The position numbers were made by a program, and so were the translations under genes. From IMG/VR virus record IMGVR_UViG_3300044821_000131, positions 62,001 to 126,000 of that record: a DNA stretch of 64,000 nt; one strand, written 5' to 3'. A model generated the notes under the pieces. It was given only the letters and a program-made list of their open reading frames with translations. It was not told where the DNA came from and searched no databases. This document shows, in pieces, positions 37,054 to 46,366 of this stretch. Positions within the stretch are counted from its first letter, which is position 1; the number at the start of each line of letters is the position of its first letter.

Positions 37054-39150
37054 ATGAAAACTAAAATACTCATCTCCTCGCTTCTCTTCATTTCTGTCGC
37101 CTTGCTCGGGCAAACACCGACCAACCTGCCAACACCCGGGCGCGTAAGTCTGGTGGCCAATTCGAACAACGTCATAAATGTTCCTCCCAATCCGACCAAG
37201 CCTTGGAACTTCAATAATGTGGGCCTGTCGAATGTGGTGAGTATTTTTGATGGATCGGGCGTGCCCTATATAAAATCGGGAGATGTGTTCAACGGCGTCA
37301 ATGCCACGAATCTCCCACCGGTCGGCACTGCCACCAACGCGCGCACTGCAATCGTAGCCGGAATCGATACCGTAACCAACGTCGCCAACGTATTCCATGT
37401 CTGCCCTTACACCAATCTTTCGTCGTCGATAACCAATAGCACGCACTGGTTCGGGCCATGGCTGGGTTCCAATTACGTTCAACTGGCGATCAATGCGGCA
37501 AACTATTACAACACGGTAACCGCAGTAGGGGGCGCCGCGGTGGAGATCATCGGCATCAACTACATGACGAACACGTTGTGTTTAACCAACTACTCTGTAG
37601 GGGTTCAGTCATTCAACTTGTACGCTCCAGCCTACACCTACGGGGCGCTCGTCTGCACCACGAACCCGTGCATACAGATGGTCGATAACGACTCGGGCTT
37701 CCACAATACGCTGACGCTAAAGGGGCTGATCATCTCGACAACCTGTAACCAAACGAATTATCTATTGAACCTCGTTGGAGCAAATAAATTTGATATTGAG
37801 GACAACTGGTTCGGTTATTGGAACTACATGACCAACAATCAGGTTAACTCCACGTTCGTTGGTTTGGTGTCGGCAACAACCGGACCACAAGTGTTAACAA
37901 ACAACCTCGTGTTATATCTGACCAGCTCGGCTGATGAATGCATATTCTCCCGTAATTCGATGCTGGGCCTCGCCGCAGTCTATTTGGGCGTGGATCATCT
38001 AATTTGCGAATATAATCAAGGTTCCTATTGCGGCAACAATTACGACGGCAACGGGTACAACAGTATCGTTACCGACTGGAGTACATCATCTTACTTCGGT
38101 ATCGGAGCATTGTTCATTATGCCGTCTGGTGCAAATTACACTGGTGAGGGTCACATCAATTTCAGCCACAATTTCTTCTACCAGTGCTTCGCAGCATACT
38201 TCACAGGTATCGGAAATCTCATGCCGTTCTACTCGTATGACGACGAGTTTGAGACTACGGCGTATGAGTGTCTGTCACAAGCCGCGGATGAATTCGTTTT
38301 TATAAACGCCGACGTACATCAAGCTTTTCCCGGTTATCCTGTATGGGGTCTATACTCGGGATCACCGTATGTCATTACGCCGCAAGGCGCCGCGGACTAT
38401 ATCAAGCTGCATAAAACACCGACGGTGTTCAATGTCCCAGTGCAGATGAATACCAATCTGGTGGTGCTGGGCACGAACAGCGCTTATGCCTCTGTAGCTA
38501 CCAGTTACGTGGGCGACGGCAGCGCAGTGTCAAACATCGTCGCCGCCCACGTGTCTGGAACATTTCCGCCGATCACGCTAGGCACAAATACGGCGAATCC
38601 GACCTATACGCTAGGCACCAACAATCTTGGCACTGTCGTATCCACCAATTTTATAGGTAACGGATCTGGGTTGACCAATCTGCCGCCCACTTCCGTACCG
38701 CTTCTACGACAAGAACTACAGGTGCCGATCGTAGGCTACACCAATGCACAAGTCCTTCCAGGGTCGATCTTGAACGTGGGTTACTATCTGACCAATACGG
38801 CGTGGTTGATCTGGTCCATCGATATGTCGCCGTTTGCTGCGGTCGGATATACCAATATCTATGTGGATTTACGGTGTCTCGTTACGAATGCCTCAGCCCG
38901 ATTAAATCTGAGCGCAACATTGTCGTTGCTTACCAACAATCCATCTGGACCTGGTGGAGTGTATTCGATTGTCTCGAACAACTTTGTGTTCTCGGCGGTC
39001 AATTCGACCAATGTGATTCCGACACCATTTCGTTTCCGCGTGCCAATTGGTATCCTCACAAATATACAGGCCGCGTCTTTGATGATCACTAACAATATCG
39101 CCACCACGAATGGCTGGGCTACGACTTTGGCCGTTACCAATGGGCCTTAA
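37054..39150 (+). CDS. secreted adhesin-like protein with pectin-lyase-like beta-helix
   Basis: Signal peptide; N-terminus nearly identical to 33372; VQLAINAA...GGAAVEI..INYMTNTL followed by Asn-rich repeats. Confidence 0.7.
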   Translation: MKTKILISSLLFISVALLGQTPTNLPTPGRVSLVANSNNVINVPPNPTKPWNFNNVGLSNVVSIFDGSGVPYIKSGDVFNGVNATNLPPVGTATNARTAIVAGIDTVTNVANVFHVCPYTNLSSSITNSTHWFGPWLGSNYVQLAINAANYYNTVTAVGGAAVEIIGINYMTNTLCLTNYSVGVQSFNLYAPAYTYGALVCTTNPCIQMVDNDSGFHNTLTLKGLIISTTCNQTNYLLNLVGANKFDIEDNWFGYWNYMTNNQVNSTFVGLVSATTGPQVLTNNLVLYLTSSADECIFSRNSMLGLAAVYLGVDHLICEYNQGSYCGNNYDGNGYNSIVTDWSTSSYFGIGALFIMPSGANYTGEGHINFSHNFFYQCFAAYFTGIGNLMPFYSYDDEFETTAYECLSQAADEFVFINADVHQAFPGYPVWGLYSGSPYVITPQGAADYIKLHKTPTVFNVPVQMNTNLVVLGTNSAYASVATSYVGDGSAVSNIVAAHVSGTFPPITLGTNTANPTYTLGTNNLGTVVSTNFIGNGSGLTNLPPTSVPLLRQELQVPIVGYTNAQVLPGSILNVGYYLTNTAWLIWSIDMSPFAAVGYTNIYVDLRCLVTNASARLNLSATLSLLTNNPSGPGGVYSIVSNNFVFSAVNSTNVIPTPFRFRVPIGILTNIQAASLMITNNIATTNGWATTLAVTNGP

Positions 39151-39159
39151 AATTGTCAC

Positions 39160-39187
39160 TTGCATTCCCGAAACTCTGAGTTAAGTT
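39160..39187 (+). promoter_or_regulatory. sigma70-like promoter
   Basis: TTGCAT-16-TAAGTT upstream of 39194. Confidence 0.45.
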
Positions 39188-39193
39188 CCGGGT

Positions 39194-39352
39194 ATGACTG
39201 AACAAACTTTTGATTTCAAGTGGTTCGCCTGTCGAAATTATCAACCTGGTAACGGCGCAGGTGATGGGGCTAACAACGGCACATCCCCGGCTAATGCTTG
39301 GATCGATCCAAGTTACTGGACCGTGCCTGAAGGCCTTATCGCTTTCGTATGA
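39194..39352 (+). CDS. small hypothetical protein
   Basis: 52-aa ORF after the promoter; ATGA overlap with the next gene. Confidence 0.5.
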   Translation: MTEQTFDFKWFACRNYQPGNGAGDGANNGTSPANAWIDPSYWTVPEGLIAFV

Positions 39353-39648
39353 TAAATCCCATAACCGGAATCCCTGACGTCATCGCGGCCTGCTGTTCCG
39401 CCATCGACGACGCCGTGATCAAACAGCGGGACATTATTGATTACGAAATCATCGAACGTAATTTCGACACGGCCGAAAAACATATCGAGGCACATAACGT
39501 GCTGGTGATGCTGCGCCAGAATTTAACGCCAACCCCAGCCAACAATTTGTCGGCATTGCTTTATCTGCAGGATATCGTGAAGCAGGAGTATCCTCCGCAA
39601 TTGAAGCGTGTAGCGATTCAGGATGGAAAGGCTGTGGAGTTTGAATGA
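39349..39648 (+). CDS. hypothetical protein
   Basis: 99-aa helical ORF. Confidence 0.6.
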   Translation: MINPITGIPDVIAACCSAIDDAVIKQRDIIDYEIIERNFDTAEKHIEAHNVLVMLRQNLTPTPANNLSALLYLQDIVKQEYPPQLKRVAIQDGKAVEFE

Positions 39649-39673
39649 GCGCCAGGAAAGTTCTACCCATCAA

Positions 39674-40282
39674 ATGAATAAACACAACATTTACACCATC
39701 CCATTGTTAATCCTGATCTGCGGTTGCGCGCAGCCCGCTCCTAAACAGGTTCAAACCGCACCGGGCGTGCAGTCCGTTACATCGGCTTCCGATCTTACAC
39801 CCAAGGTCATACATCCGTCTGTACTTGTGAAGCATCCGCCGCGTCCGCGAACGCTGACCCTGACTTGGAATCCCGGCAGCTTTGGCGTGTCCGGTTATGA
39901 GCTCCAACAAGGCACCGTCGTTGGTAGCGTCACCAATTGGACCAATTCTTTGCTGGTGACCTTGCCCACTGCCACGTTTACAAATCTTCCGCCCACGAAC
40001 GAATTGCACTTTCGAGTCGATTGTTTCAACGCGCTCGGCATGGACAGTGCTTGGACTTCGGATTATCTCTTTCTTACCTTCGCTACCGCCTCGTATATCG
40101 AAGGGTCGGGTCAATTGAGATTCAGTCCGGATTTGGCAAACTGGATACTTTGGCCCACTAATGGGCTGCATGTGCAGTGGACGAATACTCCACCGGCTTG
40201 GATGTTGACGGGCAATGGTTTTTGGCAAGGTGTGAATGGCGGTACGATTATTGAGTCGAATCAAATCGTGGTGATTCCTTAA
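39674..40282 (+). CDS. lipoprotein with FN3-like domain
   Basis: LLILICGC lipobox; LTLTWNPG...SGYELQQG...LHFRVDCFNALGMDSAWT. Confidence 0.75.
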   Translation: MNKHNIYTIPLLILICGCAQPAPKQVQTAPGVQSVTSASDLTPKVIHPSVLVKHPPRPRTLTLTWNPGSFGVSGYELQQGTVVGSVTNWTNSLLVTLPTATFTNLPPTNELHFRVDCFNALGMDSAWTSDYLFLTFATASYIEGSGQLRFSPDLANWILWPTNGLHVQWTNTPPAWMLTGNGFWQGVNGGTIIESNQIVVIP

Positions 40283-40289
40283 TAAGCAC

Positions 40290-40318
40290 TTGACGAGGGC
40301 AGCGTCTTGACTTACGTT
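40290..40318 (+). promoter_or_regulatory. sigma70-like promoter
   Basis: TTGACG-17-TACGTT upstream of 40369. Confidence 0.55.
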
Positions 40319-40368
40319 GCGAGCACACCGGAAATGTATTAACCTCCGGACGATCGAAAAATAAACAT

Positions 40369-41061
40369 ATGAAAAACAAGTTCCTCATCCTCATGGCCGC
40401 CTTGCTCTGTCTCGTCGGCTACCAGTTGAACGCTCAAACAATCATCGTGACCAATCCCGCGCCGGGCATGCCGGCACTTCCGTCGACCAATGACAGTGTC
40501 GTCATCGGAGCCATCACCAATCTCGGCGGTTCTATTCGCGTTGTCCTCAATTACCTGGCGCCGAACACTAACGCGCTGCAGGCCACACGCTGGACATTTT
40601 TCGGGTCTTACACTAAGGCCGCAGGCTTGGTGAAGAATACGGGCTATTCATTCGGCGCGGTATATTATGTCAATTCCGTGGTCGGAACCCAGATTCGTAT
40701 GCAGTATTTGGATACAGGTCACGGTACTGGTGTCAATGGCATTTTGTTACCTAACGGTGCGATTACGCTGTCCAGCGCCTACCAGCCTTTTGGCAGCTCT
40801 ATTCCCGTAACTCTTCGACCGATCGCGGAAATGGGTGCCGCTGGAGATTTAAAGGGTAATCTGTACGCGATTGTTGGCGCCGGCACTGAACTGGATGTTT
40901 ATCACACCACGAACTCCGCCGCGGTCTTTCAGCGCGCGTCCTTTTTCTACGGCAAGGAGCAGTGGCAGGGCGGTAATAAATTTACCACTACCCAATACGG
41001 GGCAGCCCTGAATTTCAATCTCGAGAAACTGATGGCCAAGATCACGACTTGGCTGCCGTAG
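40369..41061 (+). CDS. secreted protein, possible outer-membrane beta-barrel
   Basis: Signal peptide; alternating amphipathic strands ending QYGAALNFNL. Confidence 0.65.
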   Translation: MKNKFLILMAALLCLVGYQLNAQTIIVTNPAPGMPALPSTNDSVVIGAITNLGGSIRVVLNYLAPNTNALQATRWTFFGSYTKAAGLVKNTGYSFGAVYYVNSVVGTQIRMQYLDTGHGTGVNGILLPNGAITLSSAYQPFGSSIPVTLRPIAEMGAAGDLKGNLYAIVGAGTELDVYHTTNSAAVFQRASFFYGKEQWQGGNKFTTTQYGAALNFNLEKLMAKITTWLP

Positions 41062-41086
41062 CTCATATTTTTAACTATCAGCCGCT

Positions 41087-41464
41087 ATGAAATTCAAAAC
41101 TCGTTTACTCGTTGGTGTCGGCCTTCTAGCCTGGATCGAGTGCGTTCGCGCTCAAGTCACCAATACGGTGCCGGTGATCCCATTGCCAATGCCCGAATCT
41201 TGGTACGGTACGTTGGCATCGACAATTGTGGCGCACAGTACGGCGATTGTGTCGTCTGGTTGGCTTATGCGAGAAATTCCCACCTTTTTCACTTGGTTCA
41301 AACAAGTGCAAGATGCGGGCGGCGCATGGCCCAACCTTCTTCGATTCTGGCTCGGCCGGACTACGTTTAAAGTGAATCCGCCGATTACCACGGTCAGCAC
41401 CGGTGGTAAGGCCTTGGTAATCCCTAACCCTCCGGTGGTGCTCACCCAGTCTCCGAAAGTGTAA
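41087..41464 (+). CDS. membrane protein with signal peptide (holin-like?)
   Basis: Signal-like N-terminus, Trp-rich amphipathic segments. Confidence 0.55.
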   Translation: MKFKTRLLVGVGLLAWIECVRAQVTNTVPVIPLPMPESWYGTLASTIVAHSTAIVSSGWLMREIPTFFTWFKQVQDAGGAWPNLLRFWLGRTTFKVNPPITTVSTGGKALVIPNPPVVLTQSPKV

Positions 41465-41467
41465 TCT

Positions 41468-42331
41468 GTGGCCTATTGCGATCTATTGGCTCTGGAAGGC
41501 GGCGGCGTGCGTGGTATCATGCATTGCATCGTCTTAGCCGAACTGGAGCGGCGTACCGGCAAGTCCTGTTACCAACTGTTCAAGCGTATTGCTGGGACGA
41601 GCGTGGGTAGCATTGTAGGGGCGGCATTGGCTATGGGAGTGCCGGCGTCAGAGATTATCAAGTTCTTTACCAAAGATGCCTCCGTAATATTCAGCAAGCC
41701 GTGGTGGGACATCTCGGGAGCTTGGGGTCCGAAGTTCTCCTTGGCGCCGCTCGTAGCTTCCCTACAAACACTCTTAGGTAACGCGAAATTGTCTGGTTGT
41801 AAAACGGATTTCATGGCGATAGCCTTCGACTGCCACGCGGGCGATCCGGTCAAGTTCAAATCGTGGGACATTCAGACCGACTATATGCTCTGGCAGATCT
41901 GCGCGGGATCTGCTGCGGCACAGACTTACTTCCCGGCATTTCCACTGGATGACATGATGCTCATTGACGGCGGCAACACGTCGTCGAACGCCCCGGATGT
42001 CAGTCTGTTTATGAATTCCCACCGTAAGTTTGGGGCTGAGAACATTCGTATGTTGTCATTGGGCACCGGCGATTCTCCTTGGGACATGGATTGGAAGGCG
42101 ATGCAGTCTCCCAGTCCTCTACGCGCGCTGGCGGCCACGGTGAAGATCGAATTCGAGGCATCCTCTGATGACGTGGTGGAAGATGCACAAGCGGGCATGG
42201 GTCCGGCCTACTACAGGATTCAGCCGCCACTATCCACGAATCCTGGGCTGAGTGATGCCAGTCCGGCCACGTTGGCGATGCTTACGGAGGCCGCGCAGAA
42301 GGTAACAGCCGGACCGATCTTCGTTTATTAG
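41468..42331 (+). CDS. patatin-like phospholipase
   Basis: LEGGGVRG, AGTSVG (GxSxG), LIDGG; GTG start. Confidence 0.9.
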   Translation: MAYCDLLALEGGGVRGIMHCIVLAELERRTGKSCYQLFKRIAGTSVGSIVGAALAMGVPASEIIKFFTKDASVIFSKPWWDISGAWGPKFSLAPLVASLQTLLGNAKLSGCKTDFMAIAFDCHAGDPVKFKSWDIQTDYMLWQICAGSAAAQTYFPAFPLDDMMLIDGGNTSSNAPDVSLFMNSHRKFGAENIRMLSLGTGDSPWDMDWKAMQSPSPLRALAATVKIEFEASSDDVVEDAQAGMGPAYYRIQPPLSTNPGLSDASPATLAMLTEAAQKVTAGPIFVY

Positions 42332-42359
42332 TTGCAAACATTGCATATTGGGGTATATT
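42332..42359 (+). promoter_or_regulatory. sigma70-like promoter
   Basis: TTGCAA-16-TATATT upstream of 42419. Confidence 0.5.
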
Positions 42360-42418
42360 AAGGTTATGTCAAAGTTCGGTGCTACACTGGGTAAACACAT
42401 GGTCAACAAATAAACATT

Positions 42419-43249
42419 ATGTCGAAGTCAACCTCCAAGTCTTATAAAAAAGTTCACAACATCGTGGTCATATCGGACACGCATATAGGATCGTCTCTGG
42501 CGATCATGCCGGTTGGCGTCACCGTCAACGGCGAATATGTCACGATGTCGGTAATTCAAAAACAACTACACCGGTTCTGGAACGAGTTCTGGGACTGGAC
42601 TTACGCACGCTTGAACGGTGAACCGTTCGTGTTGGTCCATAACGGTGACGTCATCGATGGTGAACATCACCAATCGAAAGAGAATATCACCAATCAGTTT
42701 TCGGTGCAGGTCGGCATGGCCGAAGAACTATTGAAGCCTCACGTGGACAAATCTGTTGGCTTCTACTGCATTCGCGGCACGGAGGCACACAGCGGCAAGT
42801 CAGCCGAGTACGAGGAAATCATTGCCAAGCATCTGGGCGCCATCAAATGCGAAGAGACTGGTGCCTACACCAGGTATCAAATGTTTGCGGAGCTGGGCAA
42901 CCAGTTGATCGACTTTTCACATCACATTGGTACGTCTTCGGCGCATGCCTACAAGTCGTCACCTGCGATGCGCGTCATGGCCGCGTCATTTGCTACGGCT
43001 GGTGAGTGGGGTCTGCGTGTTCCGAATATCTTGATTCGTGGGCACTCTCATGATTACGTCGAAGTGAAACGGCCCAACTGTCGCGTGGTGGTCTGTCCGT
43101 CATGGCAGGCTAAGACTGCCTTCGTGTGGCGTGTGGATACTGCCGTGACGCCAGTTATTGGCGGTCTGATTATTCGTGAGGGCTCGGAGGGTGTGCACAT
43201 CCGAGAGAAAATATTTACGGTCAAACGTCCTGACGCGGTAACCATCTGA
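42419..43249 (+). CDS. calcineurin-like metallophosphoesterase
   Basis: ISDTHIG, HNGDVIDG, IRGTEAH, FSHH, RGHSH. Confidence 0.85.
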   Translation: MSKSTSKSYKKVHNIVVISDTHIGSSLAIMPVGVTVNGEYVTMSVIQKQLHRFWNEFWDWTYARLNGEPFVLVHNGDVIDGEHHQSKENITNQFSVQVGMAEELLKPHVDKSVGFYCIRGTEAHSGKSAEYEEIIAKHLGAIKCEETGAYTRYQMFAELGNQLIDFSHHIGTSSAHAYKSSPAMRVMAASFATAGEWGLRVPNILIRGHSHDYVEVKRPNCRVVVCPSWQAKTAFVWRVDTAVTPVIGGLIIREGSEGVHIREKIFTVKRPDAVTI

Positions 43250-43253
43250 TTTT

Positions 43254-43583
43254 ATGGGTCTCAAAATTAAGACCGGCATCAAGTCGGTGACGACAGGTCG
43301 GGTGGTATCGGTACAAGAATGGCATCAGTTGTTAGCGACGGCGCGTCAGTCACCGGTGGAGACGCCGGGTCCGGAGTGGAAGTCGGTACCACAGCTTCTG
43401 GAAGAGTCTTTAGCCGCGGGTCTGAAGTGTGAGAAGTCGACGCTAAAGCATAGAATGGTCGGGTTGGTACGCAGGCCGAATAGTCCAGTCGAGCGCAAGA
43501 AGTTTCGAGTCGAGCTGCCTTCGGGTAAGTTACAGTCGGTCTGGCATTATCGGATTATCGAACCGGCGAAAAATAAATCTTGA
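43254..43583 (+). CDS. small basic protein, possible winged HTH
   Basis: WKSVPQLLEE...STLKHRMV...VWHYRI. Confidence 0.6.
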   Translation: MGLKIKTGIKSVTTGRVVSVQEWHQLLATARQSPVETPGPEWKSVPQLLEESLAAGLKCEKSTLKHRMVGLVRRPNSPVERKKFRVELPSGKLQSVWHYRIIEPAKNKS

Positions 43584-43642
43584 TTTTAGTTTGTTGGGTG
43601 ATAGTGTGTGTTTTGTTGTTTGTATCGTGTTTGTCTGGTTGG

Positions 43643-43686
43643 GTCCGCCGCAGTTTTTGTTGATTTTCTGCGGCGGACTTTTTCTT
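43643..43686 (+). terminator. intrinsic terminator
   Basis: GTCCGCCGCAG/CTGCGGCGGAC 11-bp stem followed by a T tract. Confidence 0.75.
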
Positions 43687-43717
43687 TCCATCCGTTGCAT
43701 TCATTAGTACATTTGCC

Positions 43718-45766
43718 TTGTATATGACCGATCCAACCACGTCTTGGGAAAACGCTGCATTCATTAAATTGGCGCGTCAGGGATCTATCGTGTTTCTGCC
43801 AACGTCCGACGGAAACTACTTGCTGCAGCGCGAGACCAACGGCAACCTGCGCCCACCTGGTGGTGGCAAAGACCGCAGCGACAAAGGGCTGTTCGACTGC
43901 ATTGTGCGCGAGATCCACGAAGAGTTCGGCCTTGATCCGTTGGAAATCAAAAAGAAACTCAAATTCCTCGGGTTTGAATACAGGAAACCTTTCTGGGGAA
44001 ACGCCGTATTCGAGCTGCGACAGCACGGTCTCAAACCCGGCGTCTATCAAGCCAGTAATGATCCCAGTGAGAAAATTCACCTGGTACGTGCCTCCGTTGA
44101 CCATGACGACTACGTAGGTCCCTATCCCCATAAACTGCTCTCGGATGCGGCCAAGGAGAAGGGTGATGACCTTTTCAAATCGGCGGAAGATAAATCCAAA
44201 GAAGATCGGGAAATCATTGCGGTCGACTTCGATGGCGTTTTGGCGAAGCACATGGAAAATCAGACCTCGCTTGGTGAACCGGTGCCCGCCATGATCGACA
44301 AAGTGCAATCTTGGATCGCTGAGGGTAAGCATGTCGTAATCTTCACTGCCCGGGCGCATGATCCGAAGAATGTACCGGCCATCAAGGCTTGGATCAAGGA
44401 GCACGGTTTGGGGGATCTCGATGTTACCAACCGAAAGATTCCGGAGATGTCGGTGTTCTATGACGACAAGGCGGTGCAGATTCGGAAGAATACAGGCAAA
44501 GTGGCACGGTCGATAATCGTCTGCCCCGTGGACGATTTGGACAAATCCGCGGCAGTCACCCCGCAAGTCACCCCGCAAGTCACCCCGCAAGTCACCCCGC
44601 AAGTCACCCCGCAAGTCACCCCGCAAGTCGCGAGTCCCACCACCGGTCCCGAAGCCATCGGACTTGCTTTGAGCAATCTCGATCTTAATCAAGAGGAGGT
44701 GCGGGCCAATGCAGAGATCAAACGCGGGCTGAAGACGAAACGCGGCTCGGCCGTGAAGCGTCTCGGATTCATTCAAGGATTCCGTCGGACCGGTGTACAC
44801 CCGAAAGATCTGATGCTGAAACAGGTGCCCGTCATTCCGCCACAATTCCGGCCATTCTCTGTCGCAGGCGACGTATTCATTCCCGGTGATGCCAACGAAC
44901 TCTATCGCGATCTGATCAACATGGTCGGCGTGCACAAAGAGCTTCAACGTAATTTGGGTGAAGGTGGTGCAGCCTCAAATAAATTGAGGATATATGATGC
45001 GATGCGCGCCGTGTATGGTTACGGGGAACCAACGGCGCCGAAGACTAAGGAGCGTGGAGTATCAGGCTTTCTCAAGAAGCTGACGGGTAGCAATCCTAAA
45101 TTCAGCTATTCGAACCGGCATCTATTGAGTCGTGATATGGATTTTGTGGGACGTGGTGTCGTCGGTGTCGATCCTGATATGAATTTGGACGAGATTGGAG
45201 TTCCGGAGGAAATGGCGTGGAAGATTTATGCCCCGTATATTCAGCGCCGTTTAGTGCGCAGTGGCATGGGCCTTGAGGCTGCAGTGCGATCTGTTCGTGA
45301 TAAGAACGAACAAGCACACAGGATGTTGCTGGAGGAATCTAAAGAACGTCCCGTCATGTATTCTCGTAGCCCGGCTTGGCATAAATTTTCGGTGCTGGGA
45401 GGCTATCCGAAAATTATTCCTGGTAACACTGTTATGGTTAATCCGTTGGTTACAAGCGGCTTAGGTATGGATTTTGATGGCGACACCTGTAATATTCATG
45501 TTCCGGCACTTGCTGACGCGGTGGATGACGTCAAGAATAAATTGATGCCATCGAGGATGTTATTTTCGACCAAAGGTCGGGATCAGGTGATGCCTACGCC
45601 CAAGCAGGAAATGATTCTCGGTATGGCCTCGGCGCAGCAACGTCCTTCAAAGCGTCCGCCGGTATCTTTTCCTGACGAGGCCTCGGCACTAGCGGCCATC
45701 CATAACGGTTCGGTGCGTTTAAGTGATGAGGTTCAGATTGGTAAGGCAAAGCCGATCATAGCATGA
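43718..45766 (+). CDS. rpoC: Nudix + HAD phosphatase + VTPQ linker + RNA polymerase beta' catalytic fragment
   Basis: Nudix GGGKDRSDKGLFDCIVREIHEEFGL; HAD IAVDFDGVL; beta' VPVIPPQFRP, LLSRDMDFVGRGV, SRSPAWH, GMDFDGD (45464-45484). Confidence 0.9.
   Translation: MYMTDPTTSWENAAFIKLARQGSIVFLPTSDGNYLLQRETNGNLRPPGGGKDRSDKGLFDCIVREIHEEFGLDPLEIKKKLKFLGFEYRKPFWGNAVFELRQHGLKPGVYQASNDPSEKIHLVRASVDHDDYVGPYPHKLLSDAAKEKGDDLFKSAEDKSKEDREIIAVDFDGVLAKHMENQTSLGEPVPAMIDKVQSWIAEGKHVVIFTARAHDPKNVPAIKAWIKEHGLGDLDVTNRKIPEMSVFYDDKAVQIRKNTGKVARSIIVCPVDDLDKSAAVTPQVTPQVTPQVTPQVTPQVTPQVASPTTGPEAIGLALSNLDLNQEEVRANAEIKRGLKTKRGSAVKRLGFIQGFRRTGVHPKDLMLKQVPVIPPQFRPFSVAGDVFIPGDANELYRDLINMVGVHKELQRNLGEGGAASNKLRIYDAMRAVYGYGEPTAPKTKERGVSGFLKKLTGSNPKFSYSNRHLLSRDMDFVGRGVVGVDPDMNLDEIGVPEEMAWKIYAPYIQRRLVRSGMGLEAAVRSVRDKNEQAHRMLLEESKERPVMYSRSPAWHKFSVLGGYPKIIPGNTVMVNPLVTSGLGMDFDGDTCNIHVPALADAVDDVKNKLMPSRMLFSTKGRDQVMPTPKQEMILGMASAQQRPSKRPPVSFPDEASALAAIHNGSVRLSDEVQIGKAKPIIA
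44555..44626 (+). repeat. 12-nt coding repeat x6 (VTPQ)
   Basis: GTCACCCCGCAA x6. Confidence 0.95.
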
Positions 45767-46365
45767 AAGAAGTTGAAAAATTACAGTTGGCCAAGGTCGC
45801 GGTAAACTTCCGCGGTGTGCCGGTCTATTCCAATCCTTTTCGATTTCTGGGGCGCATAGCCGATCAGCTTCAAGTTAATCCTTTTCTTCGTACTGCCGAC
45901 AAGGTGTTGCCTGGCACAACCGCGCAAGTTGTACACGAGTTGAGAAATGATTTGTTTAATCCGAATGTGCGTGGCATGTCGGCTGGAGGTGCGATATACA
46001 AACAACCCGGTTCACCGAACGGCAGGAGTACGATTGCTCACGAGTGGTTTCACAATGCGGTGCCGCTGGTGGGTCGCAGCGAGACACTGGCGCGCTTCTA
46101 TGGTGGTTATGCTCAGCCTCGTAATGTTGGGTTGTTACCGAGATTGCAGAGTGGTTTGAATTCGGTGAAGTCCTATTATAGACGTGACATCGATCAATAC
46201 AGTCCGATCATGGCTTGGTGGAAACAGCGACAAGCTATTTCTGGTCGGTCGATGCCCCTCGATAATCTCAACCGCTCGCTCTCTAACCCGGTTACCTTCA
46301 GGCCGCGTAACCCTGCTGCGGTATCGAATAATCTTGCTGCACAGCGAAATGACATGTTAGGCTGA
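45763..46365 (+). CDS. K-x-A-type putative virion protein, possible zincin HExxH
   Basis: LQLAKVA at the N-terminus; TIAHEWFH. Confidence 0.65.
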   Translation: MKEVEKLQLAKVAVNFRGVPVYSNPFRFLGRIADQLQVNPFLRTADKVLPGTTAQVVHELRNDLFNPNVRGMSAGGAIYKQPGSPNGRSTIAHEWFHNAVPLVGRSETLARFYGGYAQPRNVGLLPRLQSGLNSVKSYYRRDIDQYSPIMAWWKQRQAISGRSMPLDNLNRSLSNPVTFRPRNPAAVSNNLAAQRNDMLG

Positions 46366-46366
46366 A

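Noticed and set aside
33372-39150. Diversity-generating retroelement for the duplicated adhesin N-termini
   Set aside because: No reverse transcriptase in the window; the duplicated part is an N-terminal coding module, not a C-terminal variable region with adenine-specific differences.
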